Positions 1-9,534 are shown, counted from the first letter of the stretch. The stretch is 64,000 nt of DNA from Chloroflexota bacterium (GCA_022574675.1 JACZRO010000002.1:8529-72528), one strand, 5' to 3'. The notes: generated by a model from the sequence alone, not told the origin. Translations and numbers: made by a program.

Positions 1-335
1 GGGCCGCCCGCCAGCTCGTACACCGGGACGCCCAGCGCCTTTCCCTTGATGTCCCAGAGGGCCAGATCGATACCGGCGATCGCCTTGGCGGCGATACCGC
101 CGGGGCTCTGGCGGCCCATGCGGTACATGTCCCAGTACCGGGCTTCCACAGCACGCGGGTCCTGGCCGAGGAGTATCACCTCGAACTCTTTAGCGGTCTC
201 AACGACACCGTACGGGTTGCGGCCGTCCGAGCATTCGCCGTACCCGGTGATCCCCTCGTCGGTGCGTACTGCGACGTACTGCCAGGGACGCCATCCCGCG
301 TCTACGACAAAGGTGTCGATTCCAGTGATCTTCAT
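1..335 (-). CDS. Enolase-superfamily enzyme (mandelate racemase/muconate lactonizing enzyme-like), N-terminal part; C-terminus lies outside the window
   Basis: Hand translation of the minus strand from ATG at 335..333: MKITGIDTFVVDAGWRPWQYVAVRTDEGITGYGECSDGRNPYGVVETAKEFEVILLGQDPRAVEARYWDMYRMGRQSPGGIAAKAIAGIDLALWDIKGKALGVPVYELAGG. This is a typical MR/MLE N-terminal domain. It is missing from the ORF track because it runs off the window edge. Confidence 0.7.
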   Translation of the reverse strand, partial: MKITGIDTFVVDAGWRPWQYVAVRTDEGITGYGECSDGRNPYGVVETAKEFEVILLGQDPRAVEARYWDMYRMGRQSPGGIAAKAIAGIDLALWDIKGKALGVPVYELAGG

Positions 336-452
336 TACCGGTGCCCTTCATGTTGAAACAGGATGTGTGCGGGCGCGGCCCGAGCGATCACCGAGTGATC
401 CAGGCCGGCATGCCGGGCGCAGGTTACACGCCGCGGCGCGGTGGCGGAAGCG

Positions 453-1325
453 TCACGACGTCGCCCATGTGACCAGCCAGCCTCGCTGCGGTTCAGCCCA
501 CCGGAGCTTCACGCCATCGCCGTTCGGCACAAGGCAGGCCGGCAGCAGGCCGGCAAGCCGTTTCGCGTTCGGCGAGCCGGGGACCAGGAAGAGCCGCTGC
601 GTCGCGCGTGCCAGGGCGGCTTCCGCATCCGGGAACATTCCGTGCGGCCGGTCGTCAAGCCGGTGCGTGTCGTACTCGATTTCGAGCGTTTCGAGTAACC
701 GGCGAAACGCCGGCATCGCCGGAAGAGCGACCCGCTTCTCGCCGAAGAGCCGCTTGAAAAGCTCGTGGAAGTTCGCCTGCGGGGGACATTCTCGAAGCAT
801 TACGGTGACCCGTTTACGGGCGTGATCATGCAGCTTCTCCACGAACGGGAGGATCGGCGTCGCGTTGTACAAGACGTGCGAGCACACGACGTGGTCCGCC
901 GGAGGTATCTCGGCGGTCTCCCAGGTGCCCGGCATGATCTTCACGTTCGTCACACCGAGTTCAACCAGGGAGGATTCAAATTGCGAGCGCATCGCCGGCG
1001 ACGGCTCGATCGCGGTCACCTCGCGGCACCGGCGCGCCAGCGGGATCGCGATCCTTCCGCCCCCGGCTCCCACGTCGATGACGGTGTCGGTACCGCCGAG
1101 ATACGTCTCAACGACCGATATCGCGGGGTCTAGATCGGCCTCATCGCGATCGGGCGGGGCGAAACTCCGCGCGAGTCCGGTCCACGGATCTTGGTTTTCT
1201 GGGTCTTCCGGCGGATCGCGGAAGCGATCAGTCTGCTCACGTTCCCGAAAAATGAGCTCGTCCCATTCACGCGCGCACTCAACTGCGGCCGAGGTTACGT
1301 GCATAGTGTTTGCCGTACTCCCCAA
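453..1325 (-). CDS. Class I SAM-dependent methyltransferase
   Basis: 290-aa ORF with motif I VIDVGAGGGRIAIPLARRCREVTAIE and a downstream acidic/hydrophobic motif pattern. Confidence 0.75.
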   Translation of the reverse strand: MGSTANTMHVTSAAVECAREWDELIFREREQTDRFRDPPEDPENQDPWTGLARSFAPPDRDEADLDPAISVVETYLGGTDTVIDVGAGGGRIAIPLARRCREVTAIEPSPAMRSQFESSLVELGVTNVKIMPGTWETAEIPPADHVVCSHVLYNATPILPFVEKLHDHARKRVTVMLRECPPQANFHELFKRLFGEKRVALPAMPAFRRLLETLEIEYDTHRLDDRPHGMFPDAEAALARATQRLFLVPGSPNAKRLAGLLPACLVPNGDGVKLRWAEPQRGWLVTWATS

Positions 1326-1428
1326 TACTCCAGGGACCGGATGCGCGCGCCCCGCCTATCGACGATTGCGCCTGTTGGCCTGCCGGCAGACCGGGTCGGC
1401 CTGACCGCTCATTCAAAGATATATACAC

Positions 1429-2229
1429 ATGCCCTTCATTTCTTCCAACGGCGTCTCCATCCACTACGAGATCGAGGGCGACGATTCCGCGGCATCCCTC
1501 CTGCTCCATCACGGCTGGACGTCCGACATCGAGGCGTGGCGTGATTTCGGATACGTCGCCGCACTTCGTGACCGTTTCCGGCTGATCCTGATGGACGCAC
1601 GCGGGCACGGCTTGAGTGAGGCGCCGGTGTCACCGGACGACTACACGCCGGACCGGTTTGTCGAAGATGTAGAGGCGGTACTCGACGCCGCCGGGAGCGG
1701 TTCGGTCACGTTCTGGGGCTACTCGATGGGAGCGGCCATCGGCTTTGAGCTTGCACTCACTTCGCCGGACAGGCTGGATCGCCTCATCGCCGGGGGCATG
1801 CACCCGTACGGAAGCTCGGCAACCGGGCGGCCGCAGAAAACGAGCGCGACCGTCCTTCTTTGCAAACGGGGAATGGAGGGGTTCATCGAGGAGCGCGAGC
1901 GGGCCCTGGGCGGCAGGTTGGTGTCGAAGTTACGGAGTCGCCTGCTGGCCGCCGACGCCGCAGCCCTGTCTGCGGCGGGCGAGGCATGGGCCGGCTGGAA
2001 GGGGATCGGCGAACGGGTCGGCGAGATCGACGTAGACGCCCTGCTGTACGCAGGCGCCGCGGACTCCAGGTTTCACGATGGGGCCAGCCGGGCTGCGGTG
2101 GAGATGCCGAACGCCCGGTTCGTATCGTTGCCGGGAATGTCGCACGACGCCGCGTTCGCCTCCTCCCCGACGATACTGCCCTCGATCCACGCATTCCTCG
2201 ATGACTTTGGGGATGACTCTGGGGATTGA
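1429..2229 (+). CDS. Alpha/beta-fold hydrolase
   Basis: 266 aa. HHGW oxyanion region, nucleophile elbow GYSMGA and C-terminal SHD... region. Confidence 0.8.
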   Translation: MPFISSNGVSIHYEIEGDDSAASLLLHHGWTSDIEAWRDFGYVAALRDRFRLILMDARGHGLSEAPVSPDDYTPDRFVEDVEAVLDAAGSGSVTFWGYSMGAAIGFELALTSPDRLDRLIAGGMHPYGSSATGRPQKTSATVLLCKRGMEGFIEERERALGGRLVSKLRSRLLAADAAALSAAGEAWAGWKGIGERVGEIDVDALLYAGAADSRFHDGASRAAVEMPNARFVSLPGMSHDAAFASSPTILPSIHAFLDDFGDDSGD

Positions 2230-2315
2230 TCCCGGTTTCCGAGCCCGCCGGATTCCAGGGCCCGGCCCCACCGCGACCAGTCCGATCGTCCCGCGGGCTA
2301 CGCTGCTCCCTGGTC

Positions 2316-2756
2316 ATGGAGATCAATAGACACGCCCCCATCGTGCTCAGGCACGAAATTGACGTATTCGCGCCCCCGGAAAAGGTCTGGATGTGGATCG
2401 CGCAGGTCGAATTCTGGTCAGAGTGGCATCCGGACATCGGGACGGCGTACTGGACCGACGACGAGCCACAGGAACGGCGCGGCTTCAAGTTCGGCGTGAA
2501 GATGTTCCGGTTCACGGCCCGATTACACGTGTACGACGAGCCGTACGAGATCGGCTGGCAGGCCAGTCACCTGTTCTCCAGCCATCGCCAGGTATTCCGG
2601 CTCCGTGGTGATTATCGTCAGACCGCGCTTACGAGCGAGGCATGGTACGAAGGGCGTATAGCCGAAATGATGTCGGAGCGGCTCCGAGAGCCCCTGGATC
2701 AGTTTGGCCAGACGTGGCTCGCCGCGTTGAAGACCCGTAACGAGTCGGCACCTTAA
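2316..2756 (+). CDS. SRPBCC (START/polyketide-cyclase-like) family protein
   Basis: ORF 2226..2756. The start is placed at internal ATG 2316 (MEINRHAPIVLRHEIDVFAPPEKVWMWIAQVEFWSEWHP...), a typical SRPBCC N-terminus. The upstream 30 codons are Pro/Arg-rich and overlap the preceding gene. Confidence 0.6.
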   Translation: MEINRHAPIVLRHEIDVFAPPEKVWMWIAQVEFWSEWHPDIGTAYWTDDEPQERRGFKFGVKMFRFTARLHVYDEPYEIGWQASHLFSSHRQVFRLRGDYRQTALTSEAWYEGRIAEMMSERLREPLDQFGQTWLAALKTRNESAP

Positions 2757-2902
2757 AGCGGATAACGGAGCGCGCAGCGAACGGCGATCGAAAACCCGGT
2801 CGGGGGATCGGGGGTAGCTCACGCGTCGGAACTGCCGCTATCTCGGGGTTTCAATGCTGCCCGGGGTAGCCGGACTCACGCCCGGCGACTGGACGACGAT
2901 CA

Positions 2903-3109
2903 ATGACAGCGTCACGCGGGCGGCGCGGAATCACGGATCCCGAACGCTACCGGTACGCATCACCGGTCCGCTCAATCCTGACCGGGCACAGGGACCACTT
3001 TGAACGGACGATGGACTCGCTCGGCGACCCGGCAGGGGTCGTGGCGGTCATGGCGTTCCTCGCGAGCGACGACGCCGATCACGTCCGCGGGACTGTTTTC
3101 ACACGGTAA
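2903..3109 (+). pseudogene. Possible C-terminal remnant of a short-chain dehydrogenase/reductase
   Basis: The 68-aa ORF ends ...GDPAGVVAVMAFLASDDADHVRGTVFTR, resembling the SDR C-terminal FLASDxAxxxTG motif. No Rossmann or catalytic part lies upstream. Confidence 0.35.
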
Positions 3110-3278
3110 CGGGTTACACGGTTCCGTTATCCGGAAACGCGACGATCGCGCAACCGATATGTCAGCGCAGTCCGACCGGCGGCGTCGAATCGATTTTCGC
3201 AACCGGCATGCCGGCGACAATTCTATGTATAACGAATATCGTCTTTGTCAGATTGTTTGTTACGATTTCATTCATGGT

Positions 3279-3430
3279 CTACCTCTGGTAAACCTGTATA
3301 CTGCCGTTGTCGTCCAGATATTTCCTTATCCGGGCGATGGTAATGGGGCGGCCTTTACTGACCAGGAAGGCCCGGCTTCGACGCAATGTAGCCCCGACGA
3401 AAGGCGGTCGAGCGGTGCCACTCTTACACG
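3279..3430 (-). pseudogene. Possible decayed tyrosine-recombinase (integrase) C-terminal fragment
   Basis: The tail of ORF 3279..3701 reads CKSGTARPPFVGATLRRSRAFLVSKGRPITIARIRKYLDDNGSIQVYQR*. It is loosely alignable to GKGxKxRxVPL...LRHxFAxxLxxxGxxxxxIxxxLGHxxxxxTxxY. It lies in an A/T-richer patch. The call is weak. Confidence 0.2.
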
Positions 3431-3699
3431 TCCGGTACTGCGTATGGCAGGTTGACCTCGAAGGCCTCGCGCGGCGAACCTCACCATCGAAGACCAAGAT
3501 GCTGAGCGGGGCTACTGAAACCCATCGCACGACCCGAGATATTTGAGCCGAATCGGGCCCGCAAAGCCCGGGGGCCGTCCGGCCACAGCGCCGGGATTGA
3601 GGGGAAGCGGTGGAGTGCGGTCGGGAATGGATTTGCGACCGTCCGGGACTGCGGGAGGAAATGCCCGGGTCCCGAGGGTGGCGGGAAATGTCACAACGC

Positions 3700-3737
3700 A
3701 AGAGCCGGCGCCAGTAAGTCGCTGGCTCTTCGTTTTT
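3700..3737 (+). terminator. Intrinsic terminator-like hairpin plus T-run
   Basis: AAGAGCCGGCG-ccagtaagt-CGCTGGCTCTT followed by CGTTTTT. No recognisable plus-strand gene lies upstream. Confidence 0.45.
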
Positions 3738-3806
3738 CCGTGTACCCGGGATTCCGTTTTCTGGCGGGAGCCGCGACTCCGGACATCACCAGCCCCCGCC
3801 CGCTGA

Positions 3807-4514
3807 TTAGCCGGGTTTACGCATCCGGGCGAGGATGTGCCGGCCACCGCTCGCCGAGTAACGCCGGTTGCCCGAGTTGATCACTTCCACCAACTGCCGC
3901 GCATCGATAAAACCGGCGTCCGTCAACAGGCTGGCCTCGACTTCCTTGGCCCTGAGGAAGGCCAGCGCCAGGTCGGTGACGTCATGGGAGAGCTCAAGCT
4001 CCATCCCGTACTGGGCGGCGATCGACTCGCCGGTCACCTCGCTCGACCCGAAGTAGTCGGTCAGGAGAAACCTCCCGCCCGGCTTGAGCACGCGATAAAT
4101 CTCCGGCGGATGATAGAAGCCCTCCGTCGATAACACGACATCAAACTGCCCGTCGTCAAAGCTGAGGGCGGTGTCGCGGTCCTGGACGAACTGGCACAGG
4201 TCTGCGACGCCTTCGATCTCCGCCAGATCTTCGGCCGTCACCAGCGCCCCTTCGTCAATGTCGTAACCCCAGACCCGGCACCCGTACAACGAAGCGAGCC
4301 AGCGAGCGTTGCCGCCGATTCCGCAGGCCGCGTCCAGGACGACCGTCTCCTCCGCTATTTCGACGCCCTGGAGCAGGATCCTGACCAGGGTCTGGTTCGC
4401 GCCAACGTGTTGGAATTCACCATACGGCTCGGCGTCCGGGCGCTCCCGTTCCACAAACCATTGCTGAAGCCGCTGTGTCTTGTTGGGCATGGTGCGTACT
4501 TTACCGGCTGCCAT
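3807..4514 (-). CDS. Class I SAM-dependent methyltransferase
   Basis: 235 aa. VLDAACGIGGNARWLA (motif I), DIDEGAL, VLKPGGRFLL. Confidence 0.8.
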   Translation of the reverse strand: MAAGKVRTMPNKTQRLQQWFVERERPDAEPYGEFQHVGANQTLVRILLQGVEIAEETVVLDAACGIGGNARWLASLYGCRVWGYDIDEGALVTAEDLAEIEGVADLCQFVQDRDTALSFDDGQFDVVLSTEGFYHPPEIYRVLKPGGRFLLTDYFGSSEVTGESIAAQYGMELELSHDVTDLALAFLRAKEVEASLLTDAGFIDARQLVEVINSGNRRYSASGGRHILARMRKPG

Positions 4515-4539
4515 GGGGTTAAGGCAGCCCGGGGTAGCG

Positions 4540-4935
4540 TCATACCTTCGGCGTCCAGGCGCCTTCGCAGGGCACGGCTTCTTCGTTCCCCGGCCAGGGC
4601 GGAAAGGTGGCGATCACGATCTCCAGGGGCGTCGCTCCGTCATTCCTGAACTGGAATCGCATTCCCGTCGCGATGCTCGCTCCGGACCCGGGGACGAGAT
4701 CGATCGTCTCCTCGGTCCCGTCCTGCGACCTCCACAATCTGCCTTTGCCGGAAATGCAGAGCCACGCCTCTTCGACCGTCCGATGGTGGACCGCTTTCGT
4801 GATCGCGCCCGGTGGCAGCGTGCAATGGACCATGCTGGCGCCGGCCGTCGCCACGCTCACAAAGCGAACCTCGGATCCATCCGGTGCGATCACGTCCGGC
4901 GTGGCAGGCAACAGGCGCGACTCGAACGGCGTCAT
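4540..4935 (-). CDS. Cupin-domain protein
   Basis: 131 aa. HHRTVEEAWLCISGKG...GASIATGMRFQFRN matches the two cupin motifs. Confidence 0.7.
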   Translation of the reverse strand: MTPFESRLLPATPDVIAPDGSEVRFVSVATAGASMVHCTLPPGAITKAVHHRTVEEAWLCISGKGRLWRSQDGTEETIDLVPGSGASIATGMRFQFRNDGATPLEIVIATFPPWPGNEEAVPCEGAWTPKV

Positions 4936-5116
4936 CCGCTCTCACCTTCCCTGATTTATGTATCGGGGCGTTACGGCGTGGGAGTTACTGCACGGACCGA
5001 GCGGCCGTTCAGGCTATCGGGCGACCATCGGGAATCGGCGAATCCCGCGATGAAATCCGCTAGCAGGTAAAAACTCCTCGACCTATCTTCGGGGAAACGC
5101 CATCTTTATTCGGACG

Positions 5117-5305
5117 GTGATGATAAACCCGGTGGCGAGCCACGCAGCGATTCACGTACATGCTTCCGAGGTGCTGACCGCCCTCGGCGCACTGGCTGTC
5201 GCCCAGGAAGAGGAACGGCCGGCAGACGAGGTGGATTCACTCGCCGGCGATGTTTCGAATGCGCTGGATGACTACCGGGAATCGCGAGGCGAGCTGGCCG
5301 CCTGA
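5117..5305 (+). CDS. Small acidic hypothetical protein
   Basis: 62-aa ORF with GC3-rich codons, followed 20 nt later by a strong intrinsic terminator. No family recognised. Confidence 0.35.
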   Translation: MMINPVASHAAIHVHASEVLTALGALAVAQEEERPADEVDSLAGDVSNALDDYRESRGELAA

Positions 5306-5325
5306 CCGGCAAATTCGTCGACGTC

Positions 5326-5353
5326 AACGCCCCGTTTGCCGGGGCGTTTTTTT
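5326..5353 (+). terminator. Rho-independent terminator
   Basis: AACGCCCCG-tttgc-CGGGGCGTT followed by a run of T (5347..5353). Confidence 0.7.
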
Positions 5354-5431
5354 ATCTGGATGCGCTTCCCCGTGCCGGCGAGGCACCCGTAGCCGCCTTT
5401 CCACACATTTTTCCGATCCCGGGCGCCGGAA

Positions 5432-5944
5432 TCAGTAAGTGACCAGCGAGTGAACCTCGTGGTCTTTCAGCACAGCCCGTCCGTTCAACGCGGCCAGTTC
5501 CACGACAAACGCCATGGCGAGTACCTGCGCGCCCAACCGTTCGATAAGCAGCGCCGCCGCCGCAGCCGTGCCGCCGGTGGCCAGCAGGTCATCCACCACC
5601 AGCACACTGTCACCCTGCTTCAGGGCGTCGGTCCGAATCTCCATGTGGCCAGCGCCGTATTCAAGTTCAAAGTCGACCCCGACCACCTCCGGCGGGAGCT
5701 TGTTCTCCTTGCGTAACGGGACGAAGGGGAGTCCCAGCCCCAACGCTATGGGCACGCCAAACATGAATCCCCGCGACTCGATGCCGGCTACCGCGTCGAT
5801 CGGCGCGTCCCGGTACTTGTCCACGAGGCTATTCACTGCGTAGCTGAACGCCTCCGGCGCCTTCCACAATGGTGTGAGGTCCCGGAACAGGACGCCGGGT
5901 TGCGGGTAGTCCGGGATATCACGGATCCAGTTCTTCAGGTCCAC
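5432..5944 (-). CDS. apt: Adenine phosphoribosyltransferase
   Basis: 170 aa. IRDIPDYPQPGVLFRDLTPL, GIESRGF, PRPP-binding loop VLVVDDLLATGGTA. Confidence 0.9.
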   Translation of the reverse strand: MDLKNWIRDIPDYPQPGVLFRDLTPLWKAPEAFSYAVNSLVDKYRDAPIDAVAGIESRGFMFGVPIALGLGLPFVPLRKENKLPPEVVGVDFELEYGAGHMEIRTDALKQGDSVLVVDDLLATGGTAAAAALLIERLGAQVLAMAFVVELAALNGRAVLKDHEVHSLVTY

Positions 5945-6047
5945 GGTCGACTCCAGCCGTTACCAGGGATCTCGCACGGTCGTGTTCGGGTTCAAGCAGA
6001 GTCTAATCGTGGGCACACGAACACGCACCCGAAGGTATGGCCCGGCA

Positions 6048-7151
6048 TTACGTCAACGGGTACAGCTCGGTCTCCGGATAGAAATCGGACCAGGCGAACC
6101 AGAACGACACAATGGAGTGGACCCGCTCAAGCTGCACGCCTTCCAGTTCCCCGTCGATCCCGCGTCCGGTGAACGGCAGGAAGCGCGAGCCCGTCGCCTT
6201 ATCGCGAAGCAGGACCGTGCCATCGTCATCGACCACCTGCTCAAACTCCAGGCGCCGTCCATTCACCACCCGGTTGTATACCAGGGCGGTATCGCTGTTC
6301 GGCTGAAAAAATATGACCACGTCCTTGCCCGCCACGGTGTCGTTCACGACCGGCATAGCTTCGAGCGCGGACAGGGGAAACGCCTTCGGCCCACCATCGA
6401 AGCCGATCCCGACGACCTTGTCCTTGCGTGCCAGGCGGTCGTCGACGATGGACTCGCCAATTACGCCGGCGTCGTTATTGACGTAGTACCCGTCATACGG
6501 ATCGGAGGAACCGCGGCGGCCCTTGTCCAGGACAGCCGTGTCGGGGTGCTCACGCACCCACTGGCCGTACGTCGTCTGTACGATCGGAATGGTCTCCAGG
6601 TACCGGCCGGCGAACTCACCCTTGACCCCGCGTGACAGGAACTGGCTCCAGAGAGTGCCGCTCTGGTGGTCGTACATCACCAGCGCGTTCATGATCAGCT
6701 TTCCGGACACACCAAATGTGTGCTCGACTCCGTCTATCGTCCGGGCATACCCGATGCCGGTGAAGCAAAGCGGTCACCAGGTGACGGCTATGGGAACCCC
6801 GCCGACGGTATCGTTCACGATCTCCCGTCCGCTCAGGAATGGTATCGAGTAAACGCGACTGTCCCCGTTTATCGTTACGCCCAGCACCGGCTCGTCGTCG
6901 TCGTACGTCTCGGCCTGTTCCGGTGAAATGAACCGCGGATTGAGAATCGCCTGGATGCCGTCCCGCGGCAGCAACGTGACGATCTCCAGCGTACGGTCGA
7001 GGGACGCAGGGTCATTTGGATCGCCCGGCAACACGATGGTCTCCTTGCTCAGTAGCGCAATCCGCAACGCTCCCGGTCCGCCCAGGACGAAGAACATGAC
7101 GAGGCCCGCGGCGGCCAGTCCCATGAACAGATATGACCTGGGAATCTTCAA
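6048..7151 (-). CDS. DUF3179-family exported protein with an in-frame TGA (6774..6776) at the first Cys of the conserved CPLC motif; candidate selenoprotein or nonsense pseudogene
   Basis: Track ORFs 6774..7151 and 6048..6710 share one frame. Read-through gives ...IVNDTVGGVPIAVTW[TGA]PLCFTGIGYARTIDGVEHTFGVSGKLIMNALVMYDHQSGTLWSQ..., and there is an N-terminal TM/signal anchor. Confidence 0.7.
6741..6760 (-). other. SECIS-like hairpin 13 nt downstream of TGA 6774..6776
   Basis: mRNA CCGGCAU-CGGGU-AUG(C)CCGG. 7 bp with one bulged C and a G-rich 5-nt loop. Confidence 0.4.
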
Positions 7152-7316
7152 CTGGAATTCCAGTCCCTTTTCCGGGGCGATTCACTGCGCCCTGGCTGTT
7201 CCGGGTTAATTTCCGAACTGATCGTTTAGATGAGGCAGAGCGCATCCCGGTTCCGCGGTGACGCGATCACCGAAAGATCGAGGCGCCGATGCTAAAATCC
7301 GTGCCCTCCGCGCTCC

Positions 7317-8579
7317 GTGGACATTCCTCCCGGCGGCGCTACCTCCAGGCAGACCGAACTCGCACCCGGGATTCCGCCCATCCGCATCACGAAACTCAGC
7401 CTCTCGAACTTCCGTAACTTCTCAGAATGCTCGCTCGACCTGGAGCCCGGGATAACGGTGTTCCAGGGACCGAACGGCCACGGCAAGAGCAACCTGATGG
7501 AGGCCGTCTACCTGATCGCTATCGCCAAGTCGCCGCGATCGTCTTCCGATCGCGAGCTTCTCGGGTGGGATGTGGTGCAAAACGGGGGCCACGTACAGAT
7601 CGCCGGCGTCGCCCGGGATGACGAGCTCACCGTGCAGGTCCAGATCGATTTCGACGTGATCCCGCGGCCTCCGGAGCCGGGGAGCGGCGGCGCGAGGCCG
7701 GCGCCGTCTGTGCGGAAAGAGTTGCGCATCAACGGCGTGCAGAGGTCGGCGGCGGATTTCGTCGGTGCGGTAAACGTGGTGGCGTTCTCGGCGGACGACA
7801 TCCAACTGGTCATGGGTGGACCGTCCGTCAGGCGAAGATACCTGGATATCCTGATCTCCCAGAGCGATCCACCGTATCTGAAGATGATCCAGCGTTACAG
7901 CCGTGTCGTGAATCAACGCAATCATCTGTTGCGTCAGATGCGCGAGGGCCGGGTCGGGTCGGACGAGCTTGAGTTCTGGAACGACCGGTTGGTGAACGAA
8001 GGGGCGGCGATCATCGAGCGACGCGGGCGCGCCGTGGAGCGGCTTGCCGAGGAGGCGGCACCGCGACACCTCGCCCTGTCCGGCGGGCGTGAGCGACTAG
8101 GCGTCCAGTACCGGCCGCGCGTCTCGGCGAACGCGGAGGACGGCCCAGACCCAGTCCCCACTTCGGCGTCGGAACTGGCGTCGATCATGCGCGCCTCGCT
8201 TGAGACGGTCAGGCCCCGCGAGATCGGCCAGGGCGCTACCGTCATCGGTCCTCACAGGGACGAGATCGCACTGAGCCTGAACGACGAGCCGGCGGGCGCG
8301 TTTTCGTCCCGCGGGCAGGCGCGCACCGCCGCGCTCGCGTTGCGTCTCGCCGAGGCCGCGTTCGTCACCTCTGCGACGGGCCGGACGCCGGTGCTCGCGC
8401 TGGACGACGTGCTGTCGGAGCTGGACCAAACTCGACGCAAGCTGGTGCTGGAGAACGTGGCTTCGTACGAGCAGGTGTTGATCACAACGACCGATTTCGA
8501 CCGCGTGGAGGACTCGTTCCTCTCGGGCGCGGCCCGGATGACGGTCGAGTCCGGTTCGGTGATTCGTGTCGACGGCTGA
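7317..8579 (+). CDS. recF: DNA replication and repair protein RecF
   Basis: ITKLSLSNFRNF..., Walker A GPNGHGKSNLMEA, C-terminal signature/Walker B LALDDVLSELD. GTG start. Confidence 0.9.
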   Translation: MDIPPGGATSRQTELAPGIPPIRITKLSLSNFRNFSECSLDLEPGITVFQGPNGHGKSNLMEAVYLIAIAKSPRSSSDRELLGWDVVQNGGHVQIAGVARDDELTVQVQIDFDVIPRPPEPGSGGARPAPSVRKELRINGVQRSAADFVGAVNVVAFSADDIQLVMGGPSVRRRYLDILISQSDPPYLKMIQRYSRVVNQRNHLLRQMREGRVGSDELEFWNDRLVNEGAAIIERRGRAVERLAEEAAPRHLALSGGRERLGVQYRPRVSANAEDGPDPVPTSASELASIMRASLETVRPREIGQGATVIGPHRDEIALSLNDEPAGAFSSRGQARTAALALRLAEAAFVTSATGRTPVLALDDVLSELDQTRRKLVLENVASYEQVLITTTDFDRVEDSFLSGAARMTVESGSVIRVDG

Positions 8580-9477
8580 CGTCTCCTCCGCGATCAGCGC
8601 GGCGGCGCAGCACATCGCATCGAGCGAATACGTCGTCGCCATGACCGGGGCCGGGATCTCCGTCGAGAGCGGCATTCCACCGTTTCGGGGTCCTGACGGG
8701 TTGTGGACGAAACACGGCACGCCTTCGCACAACGGATACCAGCGTTTCCTGGAGGATCCGGCTGCGTGGTGGCGCAGGGAGATGGAACGCTCCGTCGAGC
8801 CCTGGGTCGCCGAGTTGCGTCGAGCGGTCAGGAACGCCCGGCCGAACCCCGGCCACACCGCTCTCGCCGAGATGGAACGGGCCGGTTACGTGCGCTCCGT
8901 CATCACCCAGAACATCGACGGGCTGCACACGGACGCCGGCACGGAGAACATCGTGGAGATCCACGGGTCGAGACGATATCTTCGTTGCGTAGAGTGCGGC
9001 GACAAGACGCCGCGGACGTCCCTGTTCGCCACCGAGCCTGCCCCGCCCTGCAACGTCTGCGGCGGCCCGGTCAAGTACGACTCGGTGTTGTTCGGCGAGC
9101 CGATCCCGCCACGGGTCATGGAATCGGCCCGCGAGGAAACGAACCGCGCAGATTGCGTCCTGGTGATCGGCAGCTCGTCGACGGTGCGCCCGGCCGGTGG
9201 GCTGCCCCGGATCGCGCGCGCCAACGGGGCGAAGTTGATCGAGGTGAACACCTCCGGCACGCGTCTCACACCGGTTTGCGATGTGGTGATACAAGCCCCT
9301 GCGGCGATCGCTCTGCCGGCCTTGCTGGTCGAGCTGCGCCAGGTCGGCGTACCCCGGGGTGGCTTACCGGGGACGCCCGAACCGGACGAGGAACACCCAG
9401 AGCACGTGAGGTTTCCGGGAACTCGTCCGCAAAACCCGCCCGAACGCCGGCGTCGGAGAGGGCCGGGCGCAGAGTAA
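8566..9477 (+). CDS. NAD-dependent protein deacylase (Sir2 family)
   Basis: GAGISVESGIPPFRG, TQNIDGLH, zinc ribbon CxxC...CxxC (CVECG...CNVCG), VIGSS. Overlaps the recF stop by 14 nt. Confidence 0.85.
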   Translation: MSTADVSSAISAAAQHIASSEYVVAMTGAGISVESGIPPFRGPDGLWTKHGTPSHNGYQRFLEDPAAWWRREMERSVEPWVAELRRAVRNARPNPGHTALAEMERAGYVRSVITQNIDGLHTDAGTENIVEIHGSRRYLRCVECGDKTPRTSLFATEPAPPCNVCGGPVKYDSVLFGEPIPPRVMESAREETNRADCVLVIGSSSTVRPAGGLPRIARANGAKLIEVNTSGTRLTPVCDVVIQAPAAIALPALLVELRQVGVPRGGLPGTPEPDEEHPEHVRFPGTRPQNPPERRRRRGPGAE

Positions 9478-9534
9478 TATTCCGGCGCGCGCCGCGTGGC
9501 GATCGCATTCAGAGTTAGTTTCGGGGTCGTATCG

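Noticed and set aside
46-825. 259-aa plus-strand ORF at the window start.
   Set aside because: It overlaps the enolase-superfamily gene and the methyltransferase gene on the opposite strand, and it is Ser/Arg/Pro-rich with no motifs.
3640-3700. GGGAGGAAAUGCCCGGGUCCC resembles the RNase P RNA GAGGAAAGUCCGGGCUCC block.
   Set aside because: The match is imperfect. None of the other universally conserved RNase P blocks (AGGGUGAAA..., ACAGAAxxCGGCUUA) are nearby, and the region is too short.
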